Assembly: GCA_020137815.1 (NCBI GenBank)
Contig: CM035359.1
Location: forward strand, 2,976,001-3,040,000
DNA: 64,000 nt
Source: Hormiphora californensis
Taxonomy: Eukaryota > Animalia > Ctenophora
Direction of reading: 5' to 3'
Shown here: in pieces, positions 28,992 through 59,096 of the stretch
Numbering within the stretch: the first letter of the stretch is position 1
How the letters are laid out: each line of letters begins with the position of its first letter
Translations under genes and position numbers: made by a program
The notes under the pieces: model-generated
What the model was told of the DNA's origin: nothing
What the model saw: only the letters and a program-made list of their open reading frames with translations
Databases searched by the model: none

Positions 28992-29726
28992 ATATTACTG
29001 GAGCTATCTAGAAAGTTTGCTTGCTCTCAGCATTAAATGCATGTATGTCTATTAGGCATACAAGCAATATTACTGTCAATACTGAGAATTACAAGCCAAT
29101 TTGGATGGTAACACCGACACGCCATTATATAGCACAAGGTTACATCAATTTAATTATGGAGCGGTAATTTCATTGTTGGTCAAGGCTTAGAGGGGTCAAG
29201 TCCAATCACCGCTACACTGCCATGTAGACCTATACTACAATAATCGCTGTCAGGTAGCGCTACAGAGTGGTCTTGGCAGGAGGATTCAGGCTCCACGCTG
29301 ACAGCTTTAAAACATTTCTAGTCGAATTTCAAGCGAGCTATAACATTTCTATTCTTAGAGGTATCTCGATAGACAGCTACATCTTGGTACATATAAACGG
29401 TTCAGGTTAAACGTGAAGTTACCGCCTACTGCATCGGAGAAACAGAGAAATTAGAAGAGAGAGTTTGTTGTTGATGCAGTTGTTAGACTCTAGCTAGTCT
29501 AGAAAGTCGCTAACTAAGAGTGTTAGACAGCTTCTATTGAGTAAATTAAATGGCATTTAAAACGGAATATAAACGGTTGTATAAAACGACGAAAAGTGAT
29601 TCCTTATATATAGACATCACAAATATATAAAGACCGTATAAACACGTGTATGAAACATGGGTATGACTTGTTTCAGTTTCACTATAATACAGGAAGTGCA
29701 AGCTTTCATATCATTCTAGAATCTAG

Positions 29727-29835
29727 TAGGAACCGACCGAATCAGGAAATACTGGTCCCTGATTGGCTGATAACCAGTCACGTGACCTAAATAACGAGTT
29801 CTGATTGGTTGTTTACTTGTTTCGGTCGGTTCCTA
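29727..29835. mobile_element. hAT-type 109-bp MITE
   Basis: TIR TAGGAACCGACCGAA / TTCGGTCGGTTCCTA; 8-bp TSD GAATCTAG. Confidence 0.92.
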
Positions 29836-29994
29836 GAATCTAGATATATTGACGTTGACAGTAAACATGACTATATAACACCGGCACACTACATTATGCA
29901 GTGTGAGCTTCACTACCATGTGTAGCTCACACTGCTTCGCATCACGCTCTGTGAGGGTTCAGCAGATATCAAACATTAATTACTACACGATTCC

Positions 29995-30085
29995 AAGACT
30001 AGTTCATGTTCCGAGACTAGTTCATGTTCCGAGAAGCTAGTTCATGTTCCGAGAAGCTAGTTCATGTTCCGAGAAGCTAGTTCTT
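29995..30085. repeat. 19-20-bp tandem repeat (AGCTAGTTCATGTTCCGAGA)n
   Basis: About 4.5 units. Confidence 0.85.
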
Positions 30086-31456
30086 GTTTTCATCTAATCA
30101 CTGCAAGATACCAAGTTCATGTGTGGTAGATCATGTATGAATTCTGGTAGATCATGTATGAATTCTAAAGCTGTGCGGCTCTCACCGTCATTCTATTCCA
30201 TCACAGAGAGGTAGTACGCTCTGTGAGGGTTCGGTAGATCAATTCTACAGAGTATATAAGAGTGGAGATCTGTCTGGGATTTTAAATCTGGCATCCAGTT
30301 AGTAAATACATTACACGAATTAAACAGATCAGTATAAAAAACATTAGTATGGATCCAAGAGGCATATTTCCCATCGACTCCCTACCCCCGGAGGTGGATA
30401 AATTCAGGCGATCATTTATATAGCGACAGAACCGACTGCAGTGTGCAATGTGCATGTAACTTAGGATATAGGATAGTAGATGCCTTATTCATTCACTCTA
30501 TAATGGGTTATTGATTGCCTTGCTCGACCCTGTCTCAGAGCTGGTTTGAACAAAACAAGTTATTGCCTTATGCACTAATAGGATACAACAAACCATTTGC
30601 ATATTTAACTTTATGGCACCTGCCTCATAAAATGGACTTTGATAGAGCTACTGCAGTTTGTGCCAAAATGAAAATAACCACACAAATTCTGAGAATTGTT
30701 CCAGTTCGAACAGGAAACCCAAAATATAATTATGTATAGAGTTGTAAGTTACCAAAAAATATATTGTTCTATTGAAAAATAAACATTCATGGAAGTAAAT
30801 TAGCCTAAAGACTTGAGAGCCAAGATTATTCTGTCAGGCCAATGCTCTGACCACAGTTCTCATGCGCTCCCAAATCATACTATTATTAAAGCAAATAGGG
30901 AAATCCCATGTCCCGTTTTTTTAACCAAATATGGCACAAAATTCCTGGAAATGGCCTTTTGCACGTGTTGTCCCTGGACCCTGGCAACCTGCCAGCTTGA
31001 GCCTTAAACTGCACGTGCATCCTTGATTCATCTCTCTGCCGGTTGTGTGATTTATCGTTTGCTCGATTTGATCTGTTCACCACGTTTCTTGAACATGACT
31101 ACTCAACTTCAACACAATCGCCAGCGAGTTTGGAGGACCCATATGTCCCAAACTGGCGCTGACGCCTATAGACTACGTGATCGAATCCTACAAAAGAGGT
31201 GATTATTATTCAAAAAATGTTGTCAACACACGTAATAACAAAGTATCAATGGCACTAACAAGAAATGACAGTAATACGTGAAAGTATTTTGCCAATGTAC
31301 TCCTTCATAAAATACTTCAGGACCTGGCAAAAGAGGACCCGTGGTTTTTCTGTCAAAAGAATCCCTTTGGTTAATTCACCTGATAAGTTTACTGATTTAA
31401 AAAATTTCAAATGATACTACACTATTTGCTTAGGTTACCATTGACCATCCCCGACA

Positions 31457-31485
31457 TTCGCCCGTAGGGCGAGCGGGCTTACTAG
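31457..31485 (+). mobile_element. Helitron-like 3' terminus
   Basis: GC-rich hairpin TCGCCC-GTA-GGGCGA, 9 nt before CTAG followed by T; 5' end not located. Confidence 0.5.
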
Positions 31486-34089
31486 TAATAAGAAAAGGGT
31501 TAGAATATTGTTCTGACAGTCAGAGTTTACTAAAAATCACATACAGCTCACGTCACAGGTTCTATCATATTTCCTGGAAATACCACAGTATGGTACACGA
31601 GGAAACAAGGGGTTACATCACTTACGGAACAACTGATAATTTTAATAATTAATTACACCTCAAGGTTTTTAAACTGCGACAAGAGCAAAACGGCTGCGGT
31701 GGGAATAGAGAAGCGAGTTTAACGGTAAAGAATGGGGATTAGAAAACCAGGAAATTGCTCAAACGAGAAATAATAGGGGTCCGCACTCCAGATATGCCCA
31801 TTCCACTTTGTTTACTGACTTATAGAGATTTTGGCGCTGAATAAGAAGACGTCATTCATTTTTCTCTACGACCATGATAAAGGTCTGTTCTGACGTCCTG
31901 AATGATTGGGGTCTACGCAAATGCTGACAACTCCCCCAAGCGCGTTCTGGTGCGCTCTCTCCCCGCTCCAGGGTCACGTGATACGACTGCAAGATGGTAT
32001 AGCAGTGTAGGGAAATAACAAACAAAAAGAGTTTTGAATATAAAGTGTCTTCTACTGTTTGTATTTCCCTCGTCTTCAGCTTTGTCAAACAAGAGACAAC
32101 AACAAACGTGCCAAGTAAAAGCTCAGTTTTGAATATAAAGTGTCTTCTGCTGTTTGTATTTCTCTTATTCTATCCACACTTAGACCTAGCTGTTACCGCA
32201 AAAGTGTGAAGGAGATGTCCAAAAAATAGTTCTAGACTTTTATATTCAAAGAAGAAGTGTGATATACGAGTAAACGCGAGTGATGGAGGGAGACAAGAAC
32301 TGTACGAGTGAGAATGAGGTGCCATATTAAATAATAAAATGCGAAGTTCTGGGGAAGGGATTGGGCGCCAGAGAAAAGAAAGTGGAGACACGGATTGAAA
32401 GAATGTCAGCGAATATTTTAGGGTGACTGGTTGTCAGAATAATATGAAGTACAGACACCCTACCTTCCTCTGGATCATGACGTCATGATATGTCTCCTTC
32501 CTATCTATGTGTCTCCTTCCTATCTCTCCTTCCTGTCTGTACAGTACAGACAGGATGGAGACACACTGAAGTTGAGGTCTCAACGCGACGATCTCAACTT
32601 TAGTGTGTCTTCTCCCATGACAGACAACCAACAGAATGTTGAAAATGAACAGATTAAAAAAAGAGAAAATGTCGCCGTCTCTCAATTGAGTGTGTCCTCT
32701 GTTTTTGTCCAAATTTGATCCCCACACACTAGGCCATGATTTAATTACAGCCTCAGAAACTGACGGAGTATATATTTAATGATACCGGACCTTTAAAAAA
32801 CCGTCAAAGACAAAAAGTTACCTGATCCTGACTATAACATGCACACCAAGACGTTTGCAAAATCAAATCGCTACAGCTGCTCCAGCTCAACATAAACGTT
32901 AGAATAACATTTGTTTTAGGACATGAGCAGTGTGACCATTTGATAGTCACGCTGCCAGTGAGTCGGTAGTGGTTATCCACGGTCTTCCTGGTCTGTCAGA
33001 GCATTGGCCTGATTTGTCTAGCGCCGCCGATCCCATCTGAATTGGGGTATGGCGCCGCCATACAGGGCATGACCATATTCTTGATTCTTTCAAATCTGTT
33101 CTGAACGTGGAGCGCGTGAGAACGTCGTGGTCACTGGTCAGAGCATTGGCCTCTTATATAACAGGTACTGGAAATGCAGTCTCTCCAGTCTCCCTCAATT
33201 TCTAAAAATATTTAGGACCGCGATTTGACTACTTAACAGCTCGTTTTGTCTTTGTCGTGCTCGCCTCTAATGGCTTAACACATAAAGATGAGCGGTGAAT
33301 GAATTCGTGAGAAATTGCGGTCAGGTACTCATCATAAAGGTGCCTCCCTTTAGCTGAGTACTACCCACAGATAAAGGAGGGCACCAACTGGAACTGATTG
33401 CCCCCCCCTGTTTCACCAATCACCGTGATCCATGTGCATAAGAAATGGGATAATTGCAGATTACAAGACCGGCACGATAGCTACTTTCTCTCTCTATCCA
33501 TCAATGTCTATGATCTATCTGTCCCTCTCTAGTCTCTAATCTCCATGTCTCTCTACTGATCGAATATACTACTTTAGAGCTCAATCGTCATCATCATATT
33601 GATGGGTAATATGTGTGTATGCAAGCTGTGATTTATGAATACCAACTCGACCTAAATAAACTTCTAAAACGTAGAGACTGCTCAGGGACTGGGGAGGGGG
33701 CGGAAGTGTTAATATTATCAGGAAATACCTACCTTGTTTTGTCCAGTAAGACAAGAAATACCTTGTTTTGTTCAAAGGGTCGAACAAGGCAAGAAATACC
33801 CCTTATATATATTAGTCAACAACCAATAGGAGAAGGAGGAAAATGGAGATATGAGAATCACGTTGAGTCATTAAACATGTGTGAGAGAGAGATCTCTAGA
33901 GAGCAATTAGACAGCGAGTAATTAGTATGTAAAACGGATGTGATGAATTCAACTCATGTGGATCGAGATGTTTCGAAACTATGGAGTGGAGAAAGTTACT
34001 TTGGAGACATTGAGATCCAATAGTTATGTGACTTGTCAGGTGGCCTAATGATCGTTTGAAAACCGAATGTTTCCCGCAGACAGAAGGAC

Positions 34090-35817
34090 AAAAAAAATAA
34101 AAAAAGGAGAAAAAATGAAAAAAAAAAAAGGGTTTTTTTAAAAAGGGGCTATTAAAAAAAACGACATTCCTAAAAAAAAATAAAACATTGGAAAAGGGGA
34201 AAAAAAATCTTTGGGGGAAAAATGTTTAAAAAAGCCCCTTTTAAATGTTCGATTTCCCCGGAAAAAAATTTTGGAAAACTTGGGAAAGGATACCCTAAAT
34301 CGGAAAAGGGGAAAGTGGGTTCACCCCCCCACCCCCCTTCCATTCACCAAAATAAGGGGCGGGGGAAACCCGGGAAAAAAAAACCCCATCCCCTATAAAA
34401 CCAAATTTTAAAACCATTGTAGTTGAAGGGAAAAAAAAAAAAATGGACAAAAAAACACCCCCTAAAAATTAAAAAAAATAAAACCGGTTTAAAAAAAAAT
34501 TTGGGGAAAAATTTGGAATTTTTAAAAATATTTAAGGGTTTTTACACAAGAGGGGAAAAAACGTGGGGTAAATTGGTTTAGAATTGGACAAGGAAAAAAA
34601 AAACGAAAGGGGAAAATTTGAAAAATAAAAAAAAACCCCCGGGAAACTGTTTTACACCAGTTATTGGGGGTTTCGTGCCAAAAGGGGTAATGTTTTTGAA
34701 AGTTAGCTGAGGGAAAAAAGGGGGGGGCGGAGGGGGAAAAGTGGAAGGAAACGGGGTGCGATTTTGAGGTAAGGGGGATGCCCCAAGTAGTTATGTTGGG
34801 ATTTAGTTCAAATTTTTGAATATGGAATTTGGGGCAGTCGGCTTTCCCCCTCCCCTTCTCTCTCTCTCTCTTCTCCCCCCCTTCCTTTTTCTAATTTTTC
34901 TTCTCCTCTCTTTCTCCTTCTTTCCTCTCTCTTCTCTCTCTCCCTTCTCTCTTTCCCTCTCCCTTCTTTCTCTCTTCCTCTCCCCCTCCTTCCCCCTTCT
35001 TTTTTTTTCCCCCTTCTTTTTCTTCTTAAAAGGAAACCCAAAAACCATTGTCTAATTGTATTTAAAAAGAAGCTAGTTTTTTTGGGGAAGAAGAAGAGTG
35101 ATACGGCGACAGGGGTTTAAAACCCATTGAAATTAAAAAAATTAGGTGCCTGGATAATTATTTTTCAGGGTTCACAAAACAATCAACCAAATTGCGTCGT
35201 AAAACTACAAATACAAAAGCCACGTACGCGGTACGGTTAATATTTCTCTTTCTATCAAGTGGGATTTCAACTGTAATTACCATACCAATACTGGTAACAT
35301 GGGTTCTACCCATTTACCTTTCTAATGGGGTCCCTGCAATTCTCTCTATTCTACCGAAAGGTCCCACACTTTCGGGGCAATGCTTGACCACGTTCTGGCA
35401 CCCCAAAAATTTGAAGAAACGAAAATGGGTCAGGCCATGCTCTACAACCTACTAAAACCTAGTAATAATCGATTGACTTAAAAAAAACCCCTAGACGCAA
35501 CCCCAATTTTTTGTTGCTTTCATAACCTAGAGCACTCGCAAATTTTCCATTCAATATTTTTCACACTCGGGTCGTTTGTTGCGTAAGTAGAGGGGTGTTA
35601 CATATGCAAATATGGGGGACATAATTTTAATTCCCCTGGGGGTTTTTTAAATTTTAAATGATGGTCTTTTGGGGGAAAGGTTAAGGGGGGAAAAGGGAGG
35701 GAAAAAAGAGAAAGGGGAAAAAGGGGGGAAAAAGAGGGGAAAGAGAGGGGGAAAGGGGGGAGAAGAGGAAGAGGGGAAAGGGGGGGAAAAAAAAAGGGGG
35801 AAAAAGGGGAAGGGGGT

Positions 35818-35848
<31 letters not shown>

Positions 35849-35855
35849 GGGGGGG

Positions 35856-35886
<31 letters not shown>

Positions 35887-36482
35887 AAAAAAAAAAAAAG
35901 GGGGGGGGGGAAAAGGGGGGGGGGGGGGGGAAAAAAGGAAAAAAGGGGGGATTTGGGGGGGGGAGGGGGGGGGGAGGGGGGGGGGGAAGGGGGGGGAAGG
36001 GGAAGGGAAAGGGGGGGGGAAAAAAAAGGGGGGGGAGGGGGGGGGAAAAAGGGGGGGGGAAAAAAGGGGGGGGGGGGGAAGAGGGGGGGTTTGGGGGGGG
36101 GGGGGGGCGGGAAAAAAAGGGGGAAAAGGGGGGGAGGAAAAGGGGGGAGGGAAGGGGGAAAAAAGGGGGGGGTTTTAAAAAGGGGGAAGGGGGGGGAGGG
36201 GAAAATTTGGAAAAAGGGGGGAGGGGGTGGGGGGGTTTGGGGGGGAAAAAGGGGGGGGAAAAGGGGGGGAAACGGGGTTTTGGCCCCCCCTTTTTACTTT
36301 AGGGGGGGAAAAGGGGGGGAAAAAAATTGGGTTTAAGGGGGGGGGGGGGGTTTAAAAAAAGGGTTTTTTTCCCCTTTTTTTTTTAAATATTTTCCCCCCT
36401 TTTTTTGGAAAAAGGGGGGGGGGTTTGGGGGGGTTTTTTTTTTAAAATTTTTGGGTTTGGGGGGTTTTAAAAAAAGGGGGGT
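34090..36482. other. Probable low-quality or unpolished assembly segment
   Basis: Sequence collapses into G/A/T/C homopolymer runs at ~34090-35100 and ~35630-36482, including degraded (CT)n and (GA)n tracts, with an abrupt return to normal sequence at ~36482. Confidence 0.75.
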
Positions 36483-36903
36483 AAATGAGTTATTCCCGAG
36501 TCATTGGGACACAATATCAAGGTTTGGCGATAGTATTTTTATCGAATCACAATTAATGTAAATGGCGACCAAATACCAAATATAAGTTTCGAGATCATGG
36601 CAATATAGGTGGATAGCATTTTTCGTTCATACCCAAATGTTAAACTATTATACACGTCTATAATAAGCTGCAGAAAATAGAGAGCTCTATATGTGGAGTA
36701 ACTGCAGACAGGAAAGTGAGAGCTTGGAACAATTTATAGGTTAAGCTAGGCTGGGGAAAACACGATGAAAAATAGGATGTTATTTTTTTCTTGTTATGTT
36801 CTCCACCCCGTTAAATGTTGGGAACAAAGATTTAGGACAAAAGGTAAAGCTTGGTAATGATAGAAATTCTCCCTCCATAATTTTACCTAGTTGTCCTAGT
36901 TGA

Positions 36904-37573
36904 GCTGTCTGGCGGCGGCGCCAGACCCCGTTTACTAAACGAGCCGTTTAGATTCTCTAAACGACATCTTGAGTTCTGCACGCGACATTTTGAGAGAAAC
37001 GAGAATGGGTCAGGCCAATGCTCTGACAGGGTCGCCAGACATTTTTAGTTTAAGGGTTCACTGTCTGACGGTGTCGATCACCTGATCTGAGCGCCGCCAG
37101 ACAGACGTTTCAAATGTTGTGATATTATTTTGGACAAGCTTGGACAACTTGTGTTGCAGATAATACCATTCAAACTCTTAGAGTCTAGACTACATGATCT
37201 CTCTCTCTCTCTCTCTCTACCTGCTGTCTCCCTATCTCTATCTATATGTTTTTATCTCTGATCTCTCAGTCTTACTCTGTCCATCTCTCTCCCTCTATAT
37301 CTGCACTAGATGATCTGTTAGAGTGCGTTAAGCTTGTAACGAGGGTTTACACTTAAATCGCCAGTGGCCGACGAACAAAAATATCCTTCAAAACATGAAC
37401 CTGTCAGGCCAATGCTCTGACCACAGTTCTCGCGCGCTCCGAGAAACGAGAATGGGTCAGGCCAATGCTCTGACAGCCAGTGGCCGACGAACAAAAATAT
37501 CCGTCAAAACATGAACCCTGTCTGACGCCGCTAGACCCAGTTTTGATTCTGATTTCGGCGCCGCCAGACAGGG
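36904..37573. mobile_element. Dispersed repeat or non-autonomous element carrying GGCCAATGCTCTGAC motifs
   Basis: Inverted ends CTGTCTGGCGGCG / CGCCGCCAGACAG. The internal motif CAGGCCAATGCTCTGAC recurs at ~11770, 16460-16525, 30833-30870, 32993-33152 and ~35430. Confidence 0.55.
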
Positions 37574-38240
37574 ATAATGATCTTCGGATGATCTAGACAA
37601 CGCCCCTGTACAATCAGTCGATCACACGTGCGTGGCTCATTAAATATGTTGAACATATTGGAACATATTGGGAGAGAGGAGACAGAGATAAACTAGAGAA
37701 AGTGAGAAATCAGAGAGAGTGAGACTGAGAGAGCTAGAGAGAACTTAGAGAGAGAGAGAGAGAGAAAACTAAGAAAGAGAGAGGCAACTTTCCAAGACTC
37801 AGAGTCTAACATAAATATAGCTGCGTATTATGTGTCTTGTGTACGGTAGGTGTCATGTCATTGACATTAGGGCAAAATAACAAGAATGTGTTGTTGAATG
37901 AATATACTCGAAAATACAGTCGAACCTTGTTGAGTAACAACAAGTCGGACCCCGATTTACCGAGATGGTCGGGGGAAAGGTTTTTCCCGGCCCGGTAAAT
38001 CTGGTGCCTGGTTTTATATCGTGGTCATTGGTCAAATCCAGTTAATTTCCTATATTTATGAGAGTCATAAAACAGCAGATTCAATTGATGAATCTCTATT
38101 ATAATTTGGAGATGAACGTCGTGGTCGAAGTCGTTCGTTCAGCGGTATCTAAGCGACAGGCTGCTCCTTCATAAAATACTTCATGTGCCCAAAGCTGTAA
38201 AGCTGTTTCTCAAACTTTTGGAACTTCCAGTGGAAGTTTA

Positions 38241-38790
38241 TTAACCCTTTGAGGACGATAACGAACGGCTGGTCAGAATTCCTTGAAATTTTGTAAATTA
38301 GCTCCTATTGGTACCAATAGTAACCGTGCAAAAGGATTTTAGAATCCGTCAAACGGTTTTTGAGTTAGCACATGGGTCATATATGACCCTATCGTCAAAA
38401 GGGGTACCATAATATCCGTAAATCGAAATTTTAATTCTGCTATGAGTGGTCATTAAACTGAACTTAAATGGTCCAGGGACCATCACTGATGTCAAATCAA
38501 CTAATTTGTATGATCAGAAGATAAAACAGGCAACAGGGGACGCCATAAAGTAGGATTTCTATGCTAAATATTTGAAATAACGTCATGTTTTGGTCTACAA
38601 CAGGCTTCCAAGAGATTTCTAGTCAATACGTGATCCTAATCTGGTCAGTACTATCATCTGTGATACCAAAGAAGGCATTGTTTACACGTTGTAGGGTAGT
38701 CGGGGTCAAATAACTAGGGGAAACGTTTCATGTGTCAAATTTCGTCAAAATCCCCGTGTGGTGACGATAGGGTCATATCTGACCCAAATA
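38241..38790. mobile_element. piggyBac-like non-autonomous remnant
   Basis: TTAA|CCCTTT start; inverted subterminal palindromes GGGTCATATATGACCCTATCGTCA (~38374) and TGACGATAGGGTCATATCTGACCC (~38762). Right terminus not established. Confidence 0.4.
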
Positions 38791-39949
38791 CAAGTTCTGA
38801 AGCTTTGTTTGAGTAGAAACTGTGCTAGTGTAGTAAAAGTACAGAACGTCAGAACTGCTGTGAAGCTAACGAGATTTACGAGAAGGCCGAAGGGGTCGAT
38901 TTGCCGATTTTGGCCTTGAATATAAATGAGGGTACCTATGAAAAACACTCACAGCTATAATAACCAGTCACAGACGACAACGAGTTACTGCACTCAACAA
39001 ACAACTGCACTCAACAAACAACGAGAGTCAGAGGGTTAACAAACCAGAGGGTAAACAAAAAAGGGAATGAACCACGCGTGTAGGCCGTGTACAATTGCAA
39101 CTCGTATTATTTATCGCGCGCGCAATCTACACCGCACGTGCACTTGGTAGCGCTGGCAAGACAGACTATACTCGAGTCCCGATCCACACATTCCACTGGA
39201 TACCCGATATCGGGTCGAGTATTATGTGATTGAAGTTGCATGACTTGTTATAATCCCTGCAGATCTGAAAACGAGGTTGGTGTGCACCAATTCCTCTTTT
39301 TCAGATCTGCAGGGATCCAAACTATTAACTAAAACATAGGTCAAACAAAACCTGCCTGGCGTCGCCAGACCCCGCTTTGATTCTGACATTGCGATCAGAT
39401 CAACGCCGCTATAGCCGCTAGCAGACATAACATGAACAAACAAAAGTTCATTCTATATACTGAAAGACGACGTGAGACTCCGTTTTGATTCTCAACAAAC
39501 TTACAACAGTTAGATCAGGCGCCGCCATTCAGGACATAAGACTAGACGACAAACATTCGACGACAAACAGTATTATATTTTCAGGGTTTCTCCCTCTCTC
39601 TGACTCGAGTTTTTCGTAAAAGTAAAACTGTAAACTGCATTTGTTGTTGCAGCAGCTCAAGTTGAAAATAAACAAGACTCTTGTCTTGGGCACGTCACGC
39701 CCCTCATGACCTCATGTTCGTGCGCCCGAAGGGCAGTCCCCCTGGCCCTACGCAGGCAAATTCTTGTCTAGAGAGAGAGAAACCCTGATATTCGGGTACT
39801 ACCCGCATCCTTGGTACAAATTCAAAAGACGGTTCTTTTTTTGAATAACGTGATATGCCACGATCAAATAAAAAAGGTTCAAAATAAACAGAGCAGTAGA
39901 AAAAAGAAAATATTTCGTAAGTTACATATACCGTATATCGTATTCATAT

Positions 39950-40051
39950 CGACCGACACAAGTAAACAACCAATCAGAACTCGTTATTTAGGTCACGTGA
40001 CTGGTTATTAGCCAATCAGGGACCAGTATTTCCTGATTCGGTCGGTTCCTG
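39950..40051. mobile_element. hAT-type 109-bp MITE with a damaged left end
   Basis: Same internal sequence and right TIR as 6900-7008; the left TIR is partly replaced by a copy of the right flank (CGTATTCATATC). Confidence 0.85.
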
Positions 40052-41816
40052 ACCGTATTCATATCGACTTATAATGTTTGAACATGGAGAGATAAGAAGA
40101 AAATAGCATGTACACTTACACAAACTCATGTTTTGTAATGAAATTGATATTTTTGAGGCTCTACAATTTAATGATAGGTGAACAACTTGCAAAACGATGA
40201 AAAATAATGAGGAAAAAGCATACATAAACTAAACACATGGTTCTTTTATTTAGCTCAAATTGATGGAAATAAAAAGGTAAAATTTTAGTTGCAAAGTACA
40301 CCTGCTAGAGAAATTGAATAAAAATAAACTTGTGCTGTGGGTACCGGTACATTAAAGCTACTACATATCGCACAGTTAACAGGACCCCTGTTAGGTCAAT
40401 GCTTTGACCCTGCAGTTTTGGTACTGGGTGTCCCCAGTCAGACATCGCACTGACCTGTCTGGGGGCACCCAGTATCAAAACTGCAATGCACTGACCAAAC
40501 TTCTCGCAGGCTTTGTAAGCCACGGAGCAAGAGGAATGATCAGGGGGAGCTCTGACAAGAGTTCTGACGTCATGGCAGGACCAACCCCAGCATAATAATC
40601 TATCGACCTAATTCCGAGGTGAACTTCAAACTTTTATAATCATTTTCCTATCAAGCACAGTATAACATATCTAGGGCAATAGTATTGCCAATAGCCCGAC
40701 AATATATAGGGCAATACTGAGCACTGAGAAGATAAAAAAGAAGGCACACATTAATGGCTCTCAACAAAATAAAATACACGGTCCCTTCTTCTCAACTCAT
40801 TATTATACACCCTCTCGTTTAGCAGTGCACAGCTCTAAAATGCTGGTACACTGTTGGTACATAGCAGTCCTGAGGTATATCGAGGGATGATTGTCACGCA
40901 CTGACAGAGAGATGACGTGTTGACCTTCTGGGTAACCATAGCAACCGTTTCTAGGTAACCATAGCAACCGTTTCTAGGATAACGTTGCTACGTAACTTGA
41001 TGAGGTCATATCAGAACGTTGAAGATTGTCGAATGATCCTACACCGCCTGCGAGGAAGAGAGAGTTGTGTTAGTATAGGTGGATAAAATGGGGAGTTGGG
41101 ATCATGTATAATAGGGGCTCAGTAATCGTAGCTGCAAGTAAGTAATCAAAGTAAGTCAGTTTGTATCAGTTGTTGGTCGATTTGAGAGTTGGGAAGTCGG
41201 GGCAGCCTCTTGCCTTGTTTGAACAAAACAAGCAGCCTCAACCAAGAAGAAGAAGAAGGATAAATCGTCAAATCTACATAGATTAGTTCCAAGAGATCAC
41301 TTTGAGTTAAATGAAGGTATTATATGCAGCAATCCAACTCATAAATCCTAAATTAAATGCTTTCCAGGGTGAGATGCCTCGTACTATCCTAGGCTCTGAT
41401 CGATTTGCCCAAAGCGAGCAACTCGAGAAAGGCTTTGGGTTTAGCTAGGCGGGTGTGCTATGGATCTCAATGAACATGTAGCGGCGGGATATATAGCACA
41501 GCACTGCTACAGAGATAGCTCGGTTTTTAGAAGGAAGTTACTAATTAACAACCTCTCTGTATCACTGTGTTCATACTGACTTCACTTGATTTGTTCATAC
41601 GAACTACCACCTTATTTACTGATGTATTTGATTATTGCTCACTGCTGTTTATATTCGATTTTAGCGTAGATTTCACCCAAAACTTGATGGGAAATGTTAG
41701 CACGATTATCATAATTTGAAAATGAAACACTGCTCTCAAATTCTAGTCACACTGCTCTCACATTTCTCACGCTGCTCTCAAATTCTAGTCACTTTTTCTC
41801 ACACGTGCACGTTTAT

Positions 41817-57990
<16,174 letters not shown>

Positions 57991-59096
57991 CTTACTGGAG
58001 GTTAGATTATAACGGTTAGTCTGTCATTGTGGAAATTATCATTCACATTCAATGGGGGTTTAGGTCACTGTGGGCAGCACTGGGCACCCTGTTGTACTTT
58101 TACTTTTTCGGTAAAATCCTTGCTTTCAAATCCACCTTCTCAGATGTGTGTACTTATTGACATGTGATGTAAAAAGACCCTTGGTGATTAGCTTCCAATG
58201 CAGAGAAATTTTAAATTGACAATGGTGTACACTCCCCAGTCACCCAGAAGAAAACTCTCTAGCCTTTTTTCCTGAATTCACCGTTTTTGGCAGAGTGCTC
58301 CATAGCCTCGTTGCAACGTGCACGCCCAGCAAATGAGTTTTATCGTTTTGCTATCGACGTTTGTGGCCACGTGGGTGACCGGTGAGGTATGAGTGGGGAA
58401 CATCAACTCTGATTTTGAAATGGTCGGCAGAGTTGAATCGATCCCTATGTTATCAGGACTCAGGAGCTTAATCATTAACCATTTTGCAGAAAAAAATTAC
58501 GGAATACAGTTCATGGCTGTGGTGATTGAAGATCAGGGGCTTTCAGCGGGGGGTAAGGGTGCGGTGGAGCCCCACAACGGGGACCAGGGCGGAGCCCCGG
58601 GCCCCGGCGAAGATTTAGCGGGCAGGGTCCGGGGGCTGCAAGTCCCGGTGGAGGTGGAAAGTTGGCCTTTTAAACAGTCTGAACGCGTTCCGAGATTGGC
58701 AAACGTTGCTGGCGGGATAAGGCAGCGCTTTTCAAGTTCCGAGAACGCTTGATCGATTTTGTAAACCAGAGATTTCGCAGAAAAAAATGTAATAAGTAAA
58801 CAAGAATAATAAAATTGTAATAAAAGAAGCCACATGCATCTGGCCTAACAATGTCAATAATAGTATATATAAATTGTTTTTGCCTGACTGGCTACACGAA
58901 GAAAATCACATAAAATACATGCAACAGTTAAAGACTAGTATGTATGGTACAGATCTGATGAAGAGCCATCATTCTTGTTCCTTCCTCTGTAACCCCGAAT
59001 AGAACAAGTTATGGAGCGAACCATTGAAAATGATAGACGAACACGGAGGTATCGAATACACTCCTGGCAGAAAAAAACATTTTGCAAACTCTCAAA

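Noticed and set aside
35669-36336. Gly/Lys-rich ORFs
   Set aside because: They arise from homopolymer-degraded, probably erroneous sequence.
40930-41049. Extra RTK terminal exon after a CCTCGCAG acceptor
   Set aside because: The preceding exon already ends in an in-frame stop at 41817 and its candidate donor is weak; cannot be supported without transcripts.
58393-58835. GC-rich 100-119-aa ORFs
   Set aside because: No recognisable homology or splice structure; left unassigned.
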